Origin: the human T2T-CHM13v2.0 reference genome, Homo sapiens
Assembly (NCBI RefSeq): GCF_009914755.1
Contig: NC_060940.1
Length of the DNA stretch: 64,000 bases
Strand: one strand, 5' to 3'
Shown: positions 19,194-31,575 of the stretch, piece by piece
Layout of the letters: the number at the start of each line of letters is the position of its first letter
Position numbering within the stretch: the stretch's first letter is position 1
Position numbers and translations under genes: made by a program
Notes under the pieces: model-generated
Told to the model about the DNA's origin: nothing
What the model saw: the letters and a program-made list of their open reading frames with translations, nothing else
Databases searched by the model: none

Positions 19194-19305
19194 TGATCAC
19201 ACTCTACCCAAGAGGAAGAGCCTCAGTATGAGAAGGTCACAAGCCCTTCTGATCACACTCTATCCCAGAGGACACAGCCTCAGTATGAGAGGTCACAAGC
19301 CCTTC
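19194..19305. repeat. 56-bp tandem duplication
   Basis: TGATCACACTCTA...GCCTCAGTATGAGA(A)GGTCACAAGCCCTTC x2. Confidence 0.9.
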
Positions 19306-19724
19306 AGCTCAGTGAGGCACAGTTTTGGGAGGAAGAGTTCTGCAAGAGAGAGGAAAGAAAGGGAGCCTTCCGCAGCCAACCAGCCAGATCAGCCAAAACC
19401 ACCCAGGTTATCAGGGATGGTAAGAGGTATCATTGCCAAGTAGCAGCTAAGGTCACTGTTAATATTTATTAAGCATCTCCTATATCCAGGTAAAATGCTA
19501 CCTTCTTAATTGTATTACCCCATTTCATCTCCCAGCCACCAGGAAACAGAAGTATTATTGCTCCAATTTTATAGATGAGGAAACTAAGGTTTATAGAAAT
19601 CAGGGAGCTTTCCTAAGGTCTTGGGGGCAGCAAGTGCTAGAGGTAGAATTGGACCTCAGGCAACCATATCACCTTTACCACCCAAACCCATGAGGCAGCC
19701 GTTATTACCCCCTTTTTACAACTG

Positions 19725-19858
19725 AGGAGGCCAAAGCAGGAGGATTGCTTGAGACCGGGAGTTCGAGACCAACCTGGACAACAATGTGAAAACCCCATCT
19801 CTTAAAAAAAAAAAAAAAAATTAATTAGCCAGGTGTGGTGGCGTGCACCTGTGGTCCT
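19725..19858 (+). mobile_element. Alu fragment within a MIR
   Basis: GGAGGCCAAAGCAGGAGGATTGCTTGAG to GTGCACCTGTGGTCC. Confidence 0.8.
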
Positions 19859-20281
19859 AATTTGAAGAGGTAAAATAATCTGCTCAGATCAGTGATAAAG
19901 CCAGAATCCCATTCCTCACTAAAGTCAGTCCACTATCACACCAGCTCACACTAAAGGAAAGTACTTCGAAAAGCTCAGGAGAACCCAAACCAATTTTCCC
20001 CCCAGATTTCAGTGTGTCCTTGCCTTTAAGAGAAAGTATATAAGACTTTTCTCAGGCTGTTGGACCACAGGGGTTAGGAAGAAAGAAAAAGATTGCAGTT
20101 CCTTGGAGGACTTCATTCACACAGTGACCACTTGATCTATGCTAGAAAAAAATTGTAAAAATCTCTGAAAATAATAACAGCAAATTTTTATATGGCGCTT
20201 ACTTTGTGCCAGGCTCTGTTCTAAGCAATTTATAAACATGTTAACTATTCAATCCTCCAAACAACTTTATTAGGTCAGTAC

Positions 20282-20732
20282 CACTGATGTGCTCTTAAAA
20301 GTTTAACAACCAGCTCTCAATGGGAAAGCTTTGATTTGTAGCACTTGCCAATGTCCCTGGTGTAACTACTCCCACTGTGGCCAATTCCAAGCTGTCAGTG
20401 TAATGTCACGATCTTGGCGTTGGGAAGAAATGCCTATCATATATCACCGGGAAGATGCACATCATGTATCATCGGAAAGGGACGTACATTACGTATCATT
20501 GCCACCATGCAGACACAGTAGACATAAGTAGCCCCAAGAGCATAGATAGTAGTAAAATGGAGTAAAATAATTAGGAATTAATGAGTTTGGAGCATTTATT
20601 ACCTTTGGTTTTAATTGCAAGCTTATAAAATTTAATTTTTAATAAAGGCTGTATTTAACAACCAGCTTGCAAAATTTCTGATAATTAAACAGTTGGCTTT
20701 CACGTGTCTGCTCTGGCTTCAGCATATAACTG
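20282..20732 (-). mobile_element. MER63-like hAT transposon nested in a MIR (about 20170-20281 and 20733-20880)
   Basis: Degenerate TIRs CACTGATGTGCT / AGCATATAACTG; 8-bp TSD GTCAGTAC / GTTAGTGC. Confidence 0.75.
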
Positions 20733-21059
20733 GTTAGTGCTATTATTGCCTTTTTATAGAGGAGGAAACTGAGGCACAGAAAGGCTACATAATTTGCCAA
20801 AGGGTACATGGCTAGAAAATGGCAAAGCCAGAATTCAGACCTGGGCAATCTGGCTCCAGAATCTGTGCTCTTAACCACCCTATCTATGGCTTCTCTTGCA
20901 AGACTGCTGTGTCTTTGTCCAGACTGTAGCCCATAGGTTTCCTTTGTGCTCCTCTCAGTATGTGCATTAACTGCATTTGACAGTGAGTCACAGCAAGGCT
21001 GTAGTGCAGTTTCTTTCCAGGACCTTGGGAAAGAGTTTAAGGCATCCACTTGCACCCTC

Positions 21060-21660
21060 AGCAAAACGTCTGGGGCCTTGTGACTGGGCTGCGGAGGATG
21101 ACACCTAGCTGTGTTCCTGATCTGGCCGCCTAGGCCTTGCCCTCGAGGCCTGGCTGAGCCTGCGTTCAACCACACATCCATTATGGAAAGGAGGGTCCCT
21201 TAATGTAGCGCAAATTATAGCTGGAACACAAGCAAATTGCCGGCTTTTACTAGCACATAAACTGAGCGGAACCTTTGAGATAGATCCGCATTACCCTAAA
21301 CGGCATCCATAATTCATACCTGCAGCAGAAATGCTTCCCTCTCCCCAGGCTGGAGCCAATCTATTATTGATGGGCCCCTTAGAAGGCCACAACAGAGTGT
21401 TTCTCATTCTCCAGCCATCTGCCGGCGTGGTCAATTCCTCAGGCGGCGGCAGCACATTTATTCATCAGAATCAACTCCCAATTAGTTTCCTAGCAGGACC
21501 CAGGGGGGTTTTATCTGAGGAATCAAAGTGAGTGTTTCTAGAACAGTACCCCCAGTCCCACCCCTGGGACGCTAATCAATACATACAGAACCAGCCAGCA
21601 GCAGGCGAGCATTCGTTTTCACTCAGAAATGCTGCTGCCTTTGTAAATCATGGAGAGTAA
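21060..21660. promoter_or_regulatory. Candidate regulatory element (repeat-free, CpG-retaining, CTCF-like motif)
   Basis: About 17 CpGs in ~560 bp; GCCGGCAGATGGCTG on the - strand at 21412-21426. Confidence 0.4.
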
Positions 21661-21728
21661 AACTAAAAAGCAATGCCCCTTCCTCTCCACCAAGAGTCGG
21701 ATGGCCAGGAGTTTCTTGCTGTCTATGA

Positions 21729-22054
<326 letters not shown>

Positions 22055-22139
22055 AGAGCACAGGATTTAAATGACTGCCAAGAGCAGAAGTTTCCCACCC
22101 CACCTGGGTGGTAGAAAGGAAAGTAGCAATTCTATTCAC

Positions 22140-22330
22140 AGCTTTTTATGAAAGATCTAATAACAACCCTGTGAGACAGGTATTTATTATTCTCTCCATT
22201 TTGCAGATGGAGAAACTGAGGTTAAGTAACTCACCCAAGGTCACACAGCTAGTAGATCGCAGTGACAAGACTTGAGCGCAGAAAACCTGATTCCAAAGTC
22301 CACGGGCTTAACCACTACTCCATGCTGCCA
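22140..22330 (-). mobile_element. MIR
   Basis: TTGCAGATGGAGAAACTGAGG..CCCAAGGTCACACAGCTAGT. Confidence 0.85.
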
Positions 22331-24074
22331 TCTGCAGGAAGAGGAAAGGGAACCGACAAGCTATTTCCAGGGCGTCACAAACACCTAATGAAATGTGGAC
22401 ATTTCGCTACAAAAGACAGCTGGCTCACAAAGACCCAACCAACTAGTTAAATAAAGGGAAAGCACTGTTTTTTGTGTTATTTCTATTTTATGTTGTGATG
22501 TATTGCTTTATTGAATGATTAATGTTTAAATGACCACATGCATTAATGGCTATTAATAAATATAGCTGGTTTTAAAAAGCTGCATCTTTTTTGAGTGAGT
22601 ATTTGGTGGGGAGGGAGGCAGAGGATGGATCATGAAAGGGGTACAGGAGTACTCAGCATTTGAAAGGCCATCAGGGTTTAGAGCTGAAAGGAAACATTCA
22701 TCACTCACATCTGAGAAACACCTTCCCAGGTGTCAGGCTTTGTGTCTGACCCTGGGGATACAAGAATTGATAAGATGAGAGACATGTGAAAAATTAACTA
22801 TGAGTTAAGGCAGAATAGCACAGGGGATATACACCAAGGCTTCCCTCAACCATGCCTTCTCTTTCCCCATCCCAGAGGAGACTGAGCCATAGTAAAGCAA
22901 ATCACACCACACTGTGAACTGGTGCAGCTCTACATACAAACTCTTCAACCTCTGCAGAGCTCTCATGCTGCTATGCCATCCTTTCAAGTGCCCCTGGTCA
23001 GCTCCCCCTTCCATATCTTCAAGGTGAGTTCTTAAGACCCCACATCTTCTTTCTCCTATAAAGCTGTGGCCAACAGTAGGAAGAGCTTAAAGCTTCCACC
23101 GCTCCACCAGCAAACTTCTCTGCCTCTACGTCTTCCATTCTTTGTGTCTTATCTTCATCCTTCCTCACTGTGGGGAAAACCTCAGAGATGATCCAGTTGG
23201 TCTGAGCTCCATGAAGGGCCCAAGGCCATGGAGCTACCAATGAATAGAAACCAAGATGGCATGGAGAGCTGAGAGTGGAATAGGAAAGGAGAGGATGTGG
23301 AGCTAAGGAGGAGGTTTGAATAACAAAGGAACATCAACTAGGAGGTCCAAATGGTTGCCCCAGTGATGAGGCAGCCCAGTTTATGGAATCAGGAATGGAA
23401 AAGACAGGTGAGCAGTACAGTGGGTCAGGTAGGCAAGTGGATGGCCTGAGATGGGGCTGAAGTATAATAGAGTGGTTATAAGAAGGGTGCTCAGTATCCA
23501 CAAGGTACCAGTTCAAACCCAGGCTCTGCCATTTATTTGTTGAGGGACTTTGGGAACGTCTTTCAACCCCACCACCCCCAGCCTCAGTGGATGCATGTAA
23601 ACTGGAGATGATAGCACCTGACTCATAGACCTCAGAGGGTGGAGGGGAAATTAGGTAAGGAATGAATTAAACAGCTGCCACATAGTGCAGAAATCAATGG
23701 TGGTTGCTGCCCTTTGAGGACAAATACCTAAGGCAAAGATGTTACCTCAAGTTGGCATTTAGACAAAACCTCAATCAAAATGTTTGTGCTGAGAGCCAGC
23801 CAGAGAGTGGACATATACATTCTGCAGGGATGGAGTCGGACTTTATCAGGTTTATAATGAGAACGACCTTGACCCAGTCTTGTTTCTAATACAGGAGGCA
23901 GATTCCTCCAGTAGGGTGATTTTACATTCCAATTCTCCTGGACAGTCCCATGCCTGAACTAAATCTATTCATACCTATTCAGTATTTTTAGTGCTTTCTT
24001 TTGCTCCCCCAAAGTGTCCCACTTACGATGATAAATTACATGGCTACCCTCCCAAAACATTTATCTAACCTAGA

Positions 24075-24425
24075 GTGATGGTTACCAGAGGCTGGGAAGG
24101 GAAGGATGATGGGGAATAGGGGGAGGGGAGGATGGTTAATGTCTACAAAAAATAGAAAGAATGAGTAACATCTAGTGTTTGATAGCACAATAGATTGACT
24201 ACAGCCAATAATAATCTAACTATACATTTTAAAATACTAAAAGAGTATAACTGGATTGTTTGTAACACAAAGGATAGATACTTGAGGTGATACATACCCC
24301 ATTTACCCTGATGTGATTATTACACATTGTATGTCTGTGTCAAAATATCTTATGTACCCCATAAATATATACATCTCCTATGTACCCACAAAAGTGAAAG
24401 TTGTAAAATAAAACAATCTAAAAAA
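24075..24425 (+). mobile_element. L1MA-type 3' end
   Basis: GATGGTTACCAGAGGCTGGGAAGG...ATGTACCCACAAAA; degenerate TSD TTATCTA(A/G)CCTAGA. Confidence 0.85.
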
Positions 24426-24459
24426 TTATCTAGCCTAGATCCTTAGCAGCATTCCACTG

Positions 24460-24875
24460 GCAGAGACCATTAGCTGCCACTAATTTCTTCTCCTCTGCCT
24501 ACCTTAGAAATAAACACTCATTTTTAGTTGATGAGCAGATTCCCTTGCTACTGGGTATTATGTGACTAAGTTCTGGCTAACAACATGTAACTAGGGTTAT
24601 GTGTGACTTCGGAGAAAGACAGCACCTTCTTTGATCCTTCCTCCCTACTGCTGGCTGGAATGCAGATGTGATGGCTTCATGTGAGCTGCCATCTTGGATC
24701 ATGAGGTAGCAGTCGTCTGCTGAGAATCACAGAGCATCAAGGTAAAAGGGGCATAACACCAGCTCTAAACTGCATACCTCTGGACTTCTTTTTTAGAGGA
24801 GACAAAATTCCACCTTGCATAAACTACTTTTATTTGGGGTTTCTGTCACAGACAAACATGATCCTAATGGATATA
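24460..24875 (+). mobile_element. Old MLT1 LTR
   Basis: ATGTGACTAAGTTCTGGC; GGCTGGAATGCAGATGTGATGGC; GCCATCTTGGA. Confidence 0.65.
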
Positions 24876-25557
24876 CTCAGGGGCTAAACAAGGACTCGCA
24901 AATTCTCTGTCTCAAGTTACTGGAGATGGATGCTGGGCTGACGTGGGAAAGGTTATAGTGGCTGTGCGGTGGTTAGGAGCTTATGCTCAAGTCAAGCAGA
25001 CCTGAGTTCCTAATTCTACCTTTTAATAGCTACATGAACTCGGGCAAGTTTCTTAACCTCTGTGAGCCTCCCTTTTCTTATCAGTAACATGTGGGTAATG
25101 TTCTAGCAATTATGTTCTAGTTTAGTGTGAAGATTTAATGATATAATATATACGATGTTCTCAGCATAATGCCTGGTACACTGTAAGCCCCCTGTAAATG
25201 GCAGTTCTTACCATTGCTGTTATCACTACTGTTCTTGATTATTGTTATTACTGTTGCCTAGGTTCCCCTGGAAACAGCCCCTCTTTATTTTGATATATGA
25301 CTGCATCAGGGCCAGGAAGCTGGGCTTGGAATCACCTACGAATTTCTCTTGTATGGGAGCAGCAGACATGTCCATGGCCAACTTCTGTCCTCAAGGCATC
25401 CCCTGACCTGCAGGAGCTGTCAGCAAGAGGCAGATATGCAATTTCACAACCAGGACCTCATGCACTGCTCCCAGATATGTGACAGGAGGGACGCCCAGGA
25501 ACCAAGTGTTCCGAGTATGAACCCTGAGCAGCCTGGAAAAGACCACGTCTAGGGGAA

Positions 25558-25911
25558 GGACATTCATCCCAGATTCCGCGGGTCAGGTAGGACATTCATC
25601 CCAGATTCCATGAGTCAGGTGAGGCATTTATCCCAGATTCCACAGGTAGGTCAGATGTTTATCCCAGATTCCATGGGTCAGGTGGGACATTTATCCCAGA
25701 TTCCGTGCGTAGGTTAGATATTTATCTCAGATTCTGTGGGTCAAGTGGGACATTCAACCCAGATTCCGAGAGTCAAATGGGACATTTATCCCAGATTCTG
25801 CAGGTCAGGTAGCACATTCATCCCAGATTCCATGGATCAGGTGGGACATTTATCCCAGATTCTGTGCATCAGGTGGGACATTCATCCCAGATTCTGCAGG
25901 TCAGGTGGGAC
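25558..25911. repeat. Minisatellite, ~11 copies of a 32-bp unit
   Basis: Consensus GGACATTYATCCCAGATTCNNNNGGTCAGGTG; unit starts 25558, 25590, 25622, 25653, 25685, 25716, 25748, 25780, 25812, 25844, 25876. Confidence 0.95.
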
Positions 25912-26476
25912 TGAGACCCACAGAATGTATCTTGCCTGTAGCTATGGATACCCTAAGTCAATGGTTTCCAAATGCTGGTGGGAATCAGAATCACCCAGGG
26001 AAGCCAGGAGGAATGCCAAGGCCTGGGCCCTTTCCTCCTTCAAGGAGCCTGAGCCACTGCACTTATTATTAGCACTCTTGGTGACTGCCCACAAAGTTTG
26101 AGAACCACTGTCTCCAACTCAGGGAACATCCTGAAACAGGGTAGGGGGAGAGAGAAGCTGAGATTTGTAAACCAAAGAAAACATCTCACTGGGCCACCAG
26201 AACTGTATTGCCCCCTGATCCGTGTCCCCATTCTCTCTCACCAGGGTCACAGCAGCAGCCTCAAAAGTGGTCTTCCTGCCTTTGATCTCACTTCTATCTC
26301 TGGGTCATTGCAGCCAAGGTGATCTTTCTAAGTCATGGATTTGTTCGTGGAACCCCTCCCCCACCCCATGATTAAAACCCTCAAGGGCTGCCCATTGCCT
26401 CCCAGATAAAGCCCTAACTCTTTATCATGATTTGTAGGACCCTTTTCGATAGGATCCCTGCCTGATTTTTCTAATT

Positions 26477-26703
26477 CAGTGGTTCTCAGTCGGGGGTGAT
26501 TTTGCTCCCCCACCTCCAATTGGGGATATTTGGCAATAATGCCCGGAGACATTTTTGGTGGTCACAAGCAGGGAATGAGTACTACTGGTATCTAGCAGGA
26601 AGAGGCCAGGGATGCTAAGCATCCTAGAGTGTGCACGACAGACCTCTGTAATAAAGAGTTACCCCAGCACCAAATGTGAATTGTCCCAAGGCTAAGAAAC
26701 TCT
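26477..26703 (+). mobile_element. MER20 inserted in an L2 (about 26240-27140)
   Basis: CAGTGGTTCTCA..GGGGTGATTTTGC; L2 3' end GTAGGTGCTCAATGAATACTTGTTGAATG. Confidence 0.85.
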
Positions 26704-27204
26704 CCCCTAGCCTCACTTCTTGCCACTTCCCTCCTCTCAATCCACAGTCCAGCCTCTTAGGCCTTATTCCATTCATCCAATGTGCCACTCCTTCCCTACC
26801 CATTGAGCCTTTTCACTGGACTGCTCTTCTCCCAAAATACCATTCCTACCACCTCTTGGCTTGGCTAAACTGCACTTGCCCTTTTAGTCTCAGATGTCTC
26901 TTCTTCCAGGTAGCATCTTGCTCCAAGACTGAGTCTGGTGCCTGCGATTTACCCATAGAAAAGCCCCTACCACATGATGCTGTAATCTCCTGTTTGCTTG
27001 TTGGCCTCTCTCACAAAACTCTAAGCTCCTTGGGGACAGGAATTGGATCGTGTTCAGCTTTGTACTCACCTGTGCCTAGTACAATATCTAGAACAGAGTA
27101 GGTGCTCAATGAATACTTGTTGAATGGATAAGTGAATGGATGAGGTGTTAGAATACACTGCCAGGAAATAAGAGCTAGACTGACAGCTCATGTAGGCAAG
27201 CCAG

Positions 27205-27281
27205 ACTGTAATCTAGAAAAACACTGAGCCCAATTCCTGGTCTGGCCTGGCAACTGTGATCTAGAAAAAGACTGAGCCCAA
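27205..27281. repeat. 29-bp direct repeat with 19-bp spacer
   Basis: ACTGT(A/G)ATCTAGAAAAA(C/G)ACTGAGCCCAA at 27205-27233 and 27253-27281. Confidence 0.85.
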
Positions 27282-27400
27282 CAGAATCCCAGCGTATGTT
27301 GTATCAGGGAACGAGCTCCATTAAAGAGCTAGGGATGGGTGGACACTTATCCCCTTTCCTGCTGCTCAGTGGAAGACAGGTGGCTCCTGTACAAAGTTAG

Positions 27401-27763
<363 letters not shown>

Positions 27764-28879
27764 CCTCTTTGTTTTTAATAGTAATGGATGCCTCTTCACC
27801 ACCACCATCCCCTCAGAGCTAGATACTCCCCACTAGCTACTGCCTCCTCCCTTCTCTTCTCAGCCAAGAGACTCAAGAGTAGTGTAGTCTATGCTCAGGG
27901 ACTCCACTTCCATCCAGAACCTCCAGGAGTGCCATTCACATCATGCTCTGTGAGGGTGACATATCTGGAAACATAGCTCTGTGGAACACAGCAAGAGAGA
28001 AGCCCCAGGATTTGAGTTCTACCCACCCCTCCATCCACTGCTCTCTGGCTCTCATCACCGCACTGAGCCAGTTCTGAGTAGGGTCATAGAAAACACCATA
28101 TTTGCCCAGCGAAATAGACATTTTGAGTAGTGATCTTACACAACCTCTGAGGACAGTGGCTCGGTCAATCCTTCTGTCCTTCTCCACCCTTGGCTCCCCT
28201 GACTCCACTCCCTTCTGCTTTTCCCTCTCTCTCTCTGACTGTGCCTCTATTTGTGCCTTAGTTCTTGACATTCATCTGAATTCCCTTCTTGGCTCTTCTT
28301 ATCTTCTTTTTCCTCCCACTCTTTCTAAGTGATGAGGAGGTAGTGAAAGCTCAACACATGAACGGATTCCTAATCCAAATTGTTAGCACTCCTATCCATT
28401 TGAATTCTTAACTCTTTCTTGAATCCACCCTCCTCTTACTATCCCTACTGCAATTGCCCACACACATCCCACCCAGCTGCCAGTGTGGCTTTTCAGTGGA
28501 ATGGGACTCTCTGTACCTTTCATCACTTGAATACTTCCTCAGCCTCACACCCAGACAGGACATCTTTCAACTGTATTAAATCAGAAATCATATCATATTT
28601 CATCAAATCTAAAACACTGTGCTGCAGCACTCTGTTGACCTTTCAAGAAGGTACCAAAGGGATATTTCCATGCAGCGTGGCTGCCAGCACTTATAAATGG
28701 ATGAAAGTTATGCTGAGAGGGAATCAATAGTCATAAGACAGAGATTTGTTTGTCTTCTAAATGGTCTACTCCAAGAATGTGAGAATCCACCATGCAGTTC
28801 CCAGGACAAAATCAGGAATGGCTGTCATCTGGCATTGATTACAGAGGACTGGAGAAAGATGGATCTGGGATCATGGACA

Positions 28880-28973
28880 GGGAAGAAAGAAAGAAAGAGT
28901 AAGAGAAGGAGAGGCGAGAAAGAGAGAAAGGAAGGAAGGAAGGGAAAGAGAGAGAGAAGGAAGGAAGGAAGGA

Positions 28974-29041
<68 letters not shown>

Positions 29042-29135
29042 AAGAAAGAAAGAAAAGAAAGAAAGAAAGAGAAAGAAAGAAAGAAAAAAGAAAGAAAGAG
29101 AAAGAAAGAAAGGAGAGAAGGAGAGAGAGATAAGA
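28880..29135. repeat. Polypurine compound STR including (GAAA)14
   Basis: (GAAA)14 at 28972-29027 within an A/G-rich tract. Confidence 0.95.
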
Positions 29136-30537
29136 AAATGTACTTCCTAGATCCCATCCAATGTGATTGTCTATGGACAATTGAGACCCACGAGGAAATA
29201 TTTGATGCTACCCTTTTGATCCTGACGATACCAGGGATTGGCTTCGAATAACCCTGGTTCTTTCTGACAATGAACTGGGTCCTTTCAGATCCAATAGGTC
29301 ATAAAGGCAATTTTACAAAAGTGAATTCAATCTCATTGTTAAACTATTAGAATAATTAAATACCCCCATTCCTTGTGACCTACAGGAGAAAGTCCAAAAT
29401 GTGAAAGAGCATTATGTGGGTGGGGACTTAGAGAATATTGGAAATCTCCCAAACCCTCTAAATATATCCCTACTGCTTTGTTATTGCCAGGCAGCTTATA
29501 AACAGCAGTGACTGCAGAGGGAGGAGAGGTGGTGAGAGTGAAAGGCTGCCATGTGCATGGTGTCTGGCTCAGCCTGCCCAAGAGGCCAGCACCCCATCAT
29601 TCCCCAATAAATCAGGAGGTCATTTTTCACTGAACTGAAGCTAAATACTCCCATCGTTTTCTCCCCTAACCAGTCCCAAGATTGCTCCGTGCTCTTTATT
29701 ACCTTTCAATGACTTAAGCCCCTGAACTGAATAACTTCATCAAGGTGTCAACCTAAACAGATTTTCCCCATAATGGTCCAACTCTCACAGGTTCTTAATG
29801 AAAAATATTGATTTCTAAGGATTAGTTGCAGATTTATGTGTTGGGATGCTGATCTCTCTGTCACCTGACACCTTATCAGTATATGAAAAAACCTAGTTTC
29901 TCCTTCGTGGTTTTTAAAAAAAAAGCAATCACCGGCTGTGTCAAGGGGCAGCTTGGGTCCAGAAAAACAAATAAAATTCTCTGTCTGGATCCCATGGAAT
30001 ACTTAACAGCTAGTGGGGGTGTGGATGGGGAAGGCGCTGAGACACCTGTCTGCCTTCCTCACTAGCATCTTCACTGGTTGGGTTGTGGGGAGACCAGGTG
30101 CAGAGAAGCTGGAAAAGCAAATGGAACAAGCATCCATCCCTCTTGGTATGACAGATCTCCAAGACACAGTCTGGAGAAAAGCTTGTCGTGTACACCCTGT
30201 TTGGGGCTGGAGACACCAACTGGAAGAAATACAGCAGCTGCCATCTCAAAGTGGCATTCAATCAACACCAGGCTAGGTTGGCTCTGCCAACTCACTCTGT
30301 TAAACGTGGTTCTCAAGGGATGAAGTTAAGACTTTGGCACCTAAAACCTCAGCAAGTTGCAGAGCAGAGAAGAATCTCTCCCATACCCGGAAATGGCTGG
30401 AATGGAGTAAGATTCATTATTTATCTATTTGATAAATATTTATGGAGGGTCTATGTGCCAAGCACTATACTAGGCAATGGGGACGCCATAGTCAGCAAGG
30501 CCAGATGTGGGTTCCTGCCTTCATGGAGAAGGTGACC

Positions 30538-30538
<1 letters not shown>

Positions 30539-30586
<48 letters not shown>
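30539..30586. repeat. (AC)24 microsatellite within an L2 (about 30415-31270)
   Basis: Direct reading. Confidence 0.95.
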
Positions 30587-30592
<6 letters not shown>

Positions 30593-31352
30593 ATACATGT
30601 AGAACTGCAACTTCAACACGATTCAGGAGAATGGGGACACAGGGCTGCAGCAGCCTGTAATGAGGGCATTTACCCAGTAAAAGACGTCAAGAGAGATTTG
30701 TCAGAGGAAGTGATGGTCAAGGTAACACCTGAAGGATGAGAAGGAGCTCACTGGAAAAGCAGGAAGAGTGGGGAGCATGTGGGCACAGGAAATAGTCTGT
30801 GGGAAAGCCCTGTTCCGGAGGAGCCCAGCACCACCAGTGTGGCCAGAGTGCAGAGAGAGCTGGTGGTAGGCATGACACAAGAGGGCTCCGGAGAAGTGGG
30901 CAGAGGCCAGATTGTGCTTTGGGTCACTATCCCAAGTGCAACAGGAAGCCATTGAAGGATTTTCAGATCCACACCTTGCAAGGATGACTTCGGTTGCTCG
31001 GTGGAGAATGGATTGCAACAGCCTCACCGTGAAAGCAGGAGGAAAGGGGCTGAGGAGGTGACTGCAGTGGTCCAGGCAAGAGATGAAGCAGTGATGCTGC
31101 TGGAGACGGAGAGAAGAGGACAGAATCCAGAAATATTTTGGAGAAGAAAAATCAAGAGTCATTGGTATGGAATCGAATGTGGGGTGGGGATAGGATGAAG
31201 GAAAGGAGGTGACAAGGATGACTCCCAGACTTTTGACTGAGCTGCTCCTTCTCTGCAGTGATGGCCTCCTCGTTTTGGGCCACTAAGGGCTTCTCCAACC
31301 ACTGGGAAGCACTTCCAGAACAAGGTCCTCATTTCCTTTTCAGCTCTCACAG

Positions 31353-31575
31353 CAGGGACTGGCAAACTTCCATAAAGAACAACATAAAAAATATTTTAGA
31401 TTTCAAAAGCTGTACCATCTTTGTCTCAATGACTCAACTCTGCTGCTATAAAGCAAAAGCAGCCACAAGTAATATGTAAACAAATTATTGTGGCTGTGTT
31501 CCAATAAAACTTTATTTAAAAAAAAACAAGTGATGGACAGGATTTGGCCCTCCAACTGCAGTTTGCAGACCCCTG
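31353..31575 (-). mobile_element. MER58A-like DNA transposon
   Basis: CAGGGACTGGCAAAC...TGTTCCAATAAAACTTTATTT...GTTTGCAGACCCCTG. Confidence 0.85.

Noticed and set aside
20639-21181. 180-aa minus-strand ORF
   Set aside because: About half is MIR/MER63 sequence; no recognisable domain
25558-25911. CRISPR-like look (constant repeat plus variable insert)
   Set aside because: The variable part is only 4 nt and is explained by CpG decay; there are no unique spacers or cas genes, and the context is primate DNA
28697-29251. 184-aa K/E/R-rich ORF and antisense F/L/S-rich ORFs
   Set aside because: Stop-free only because of the polypurine STR
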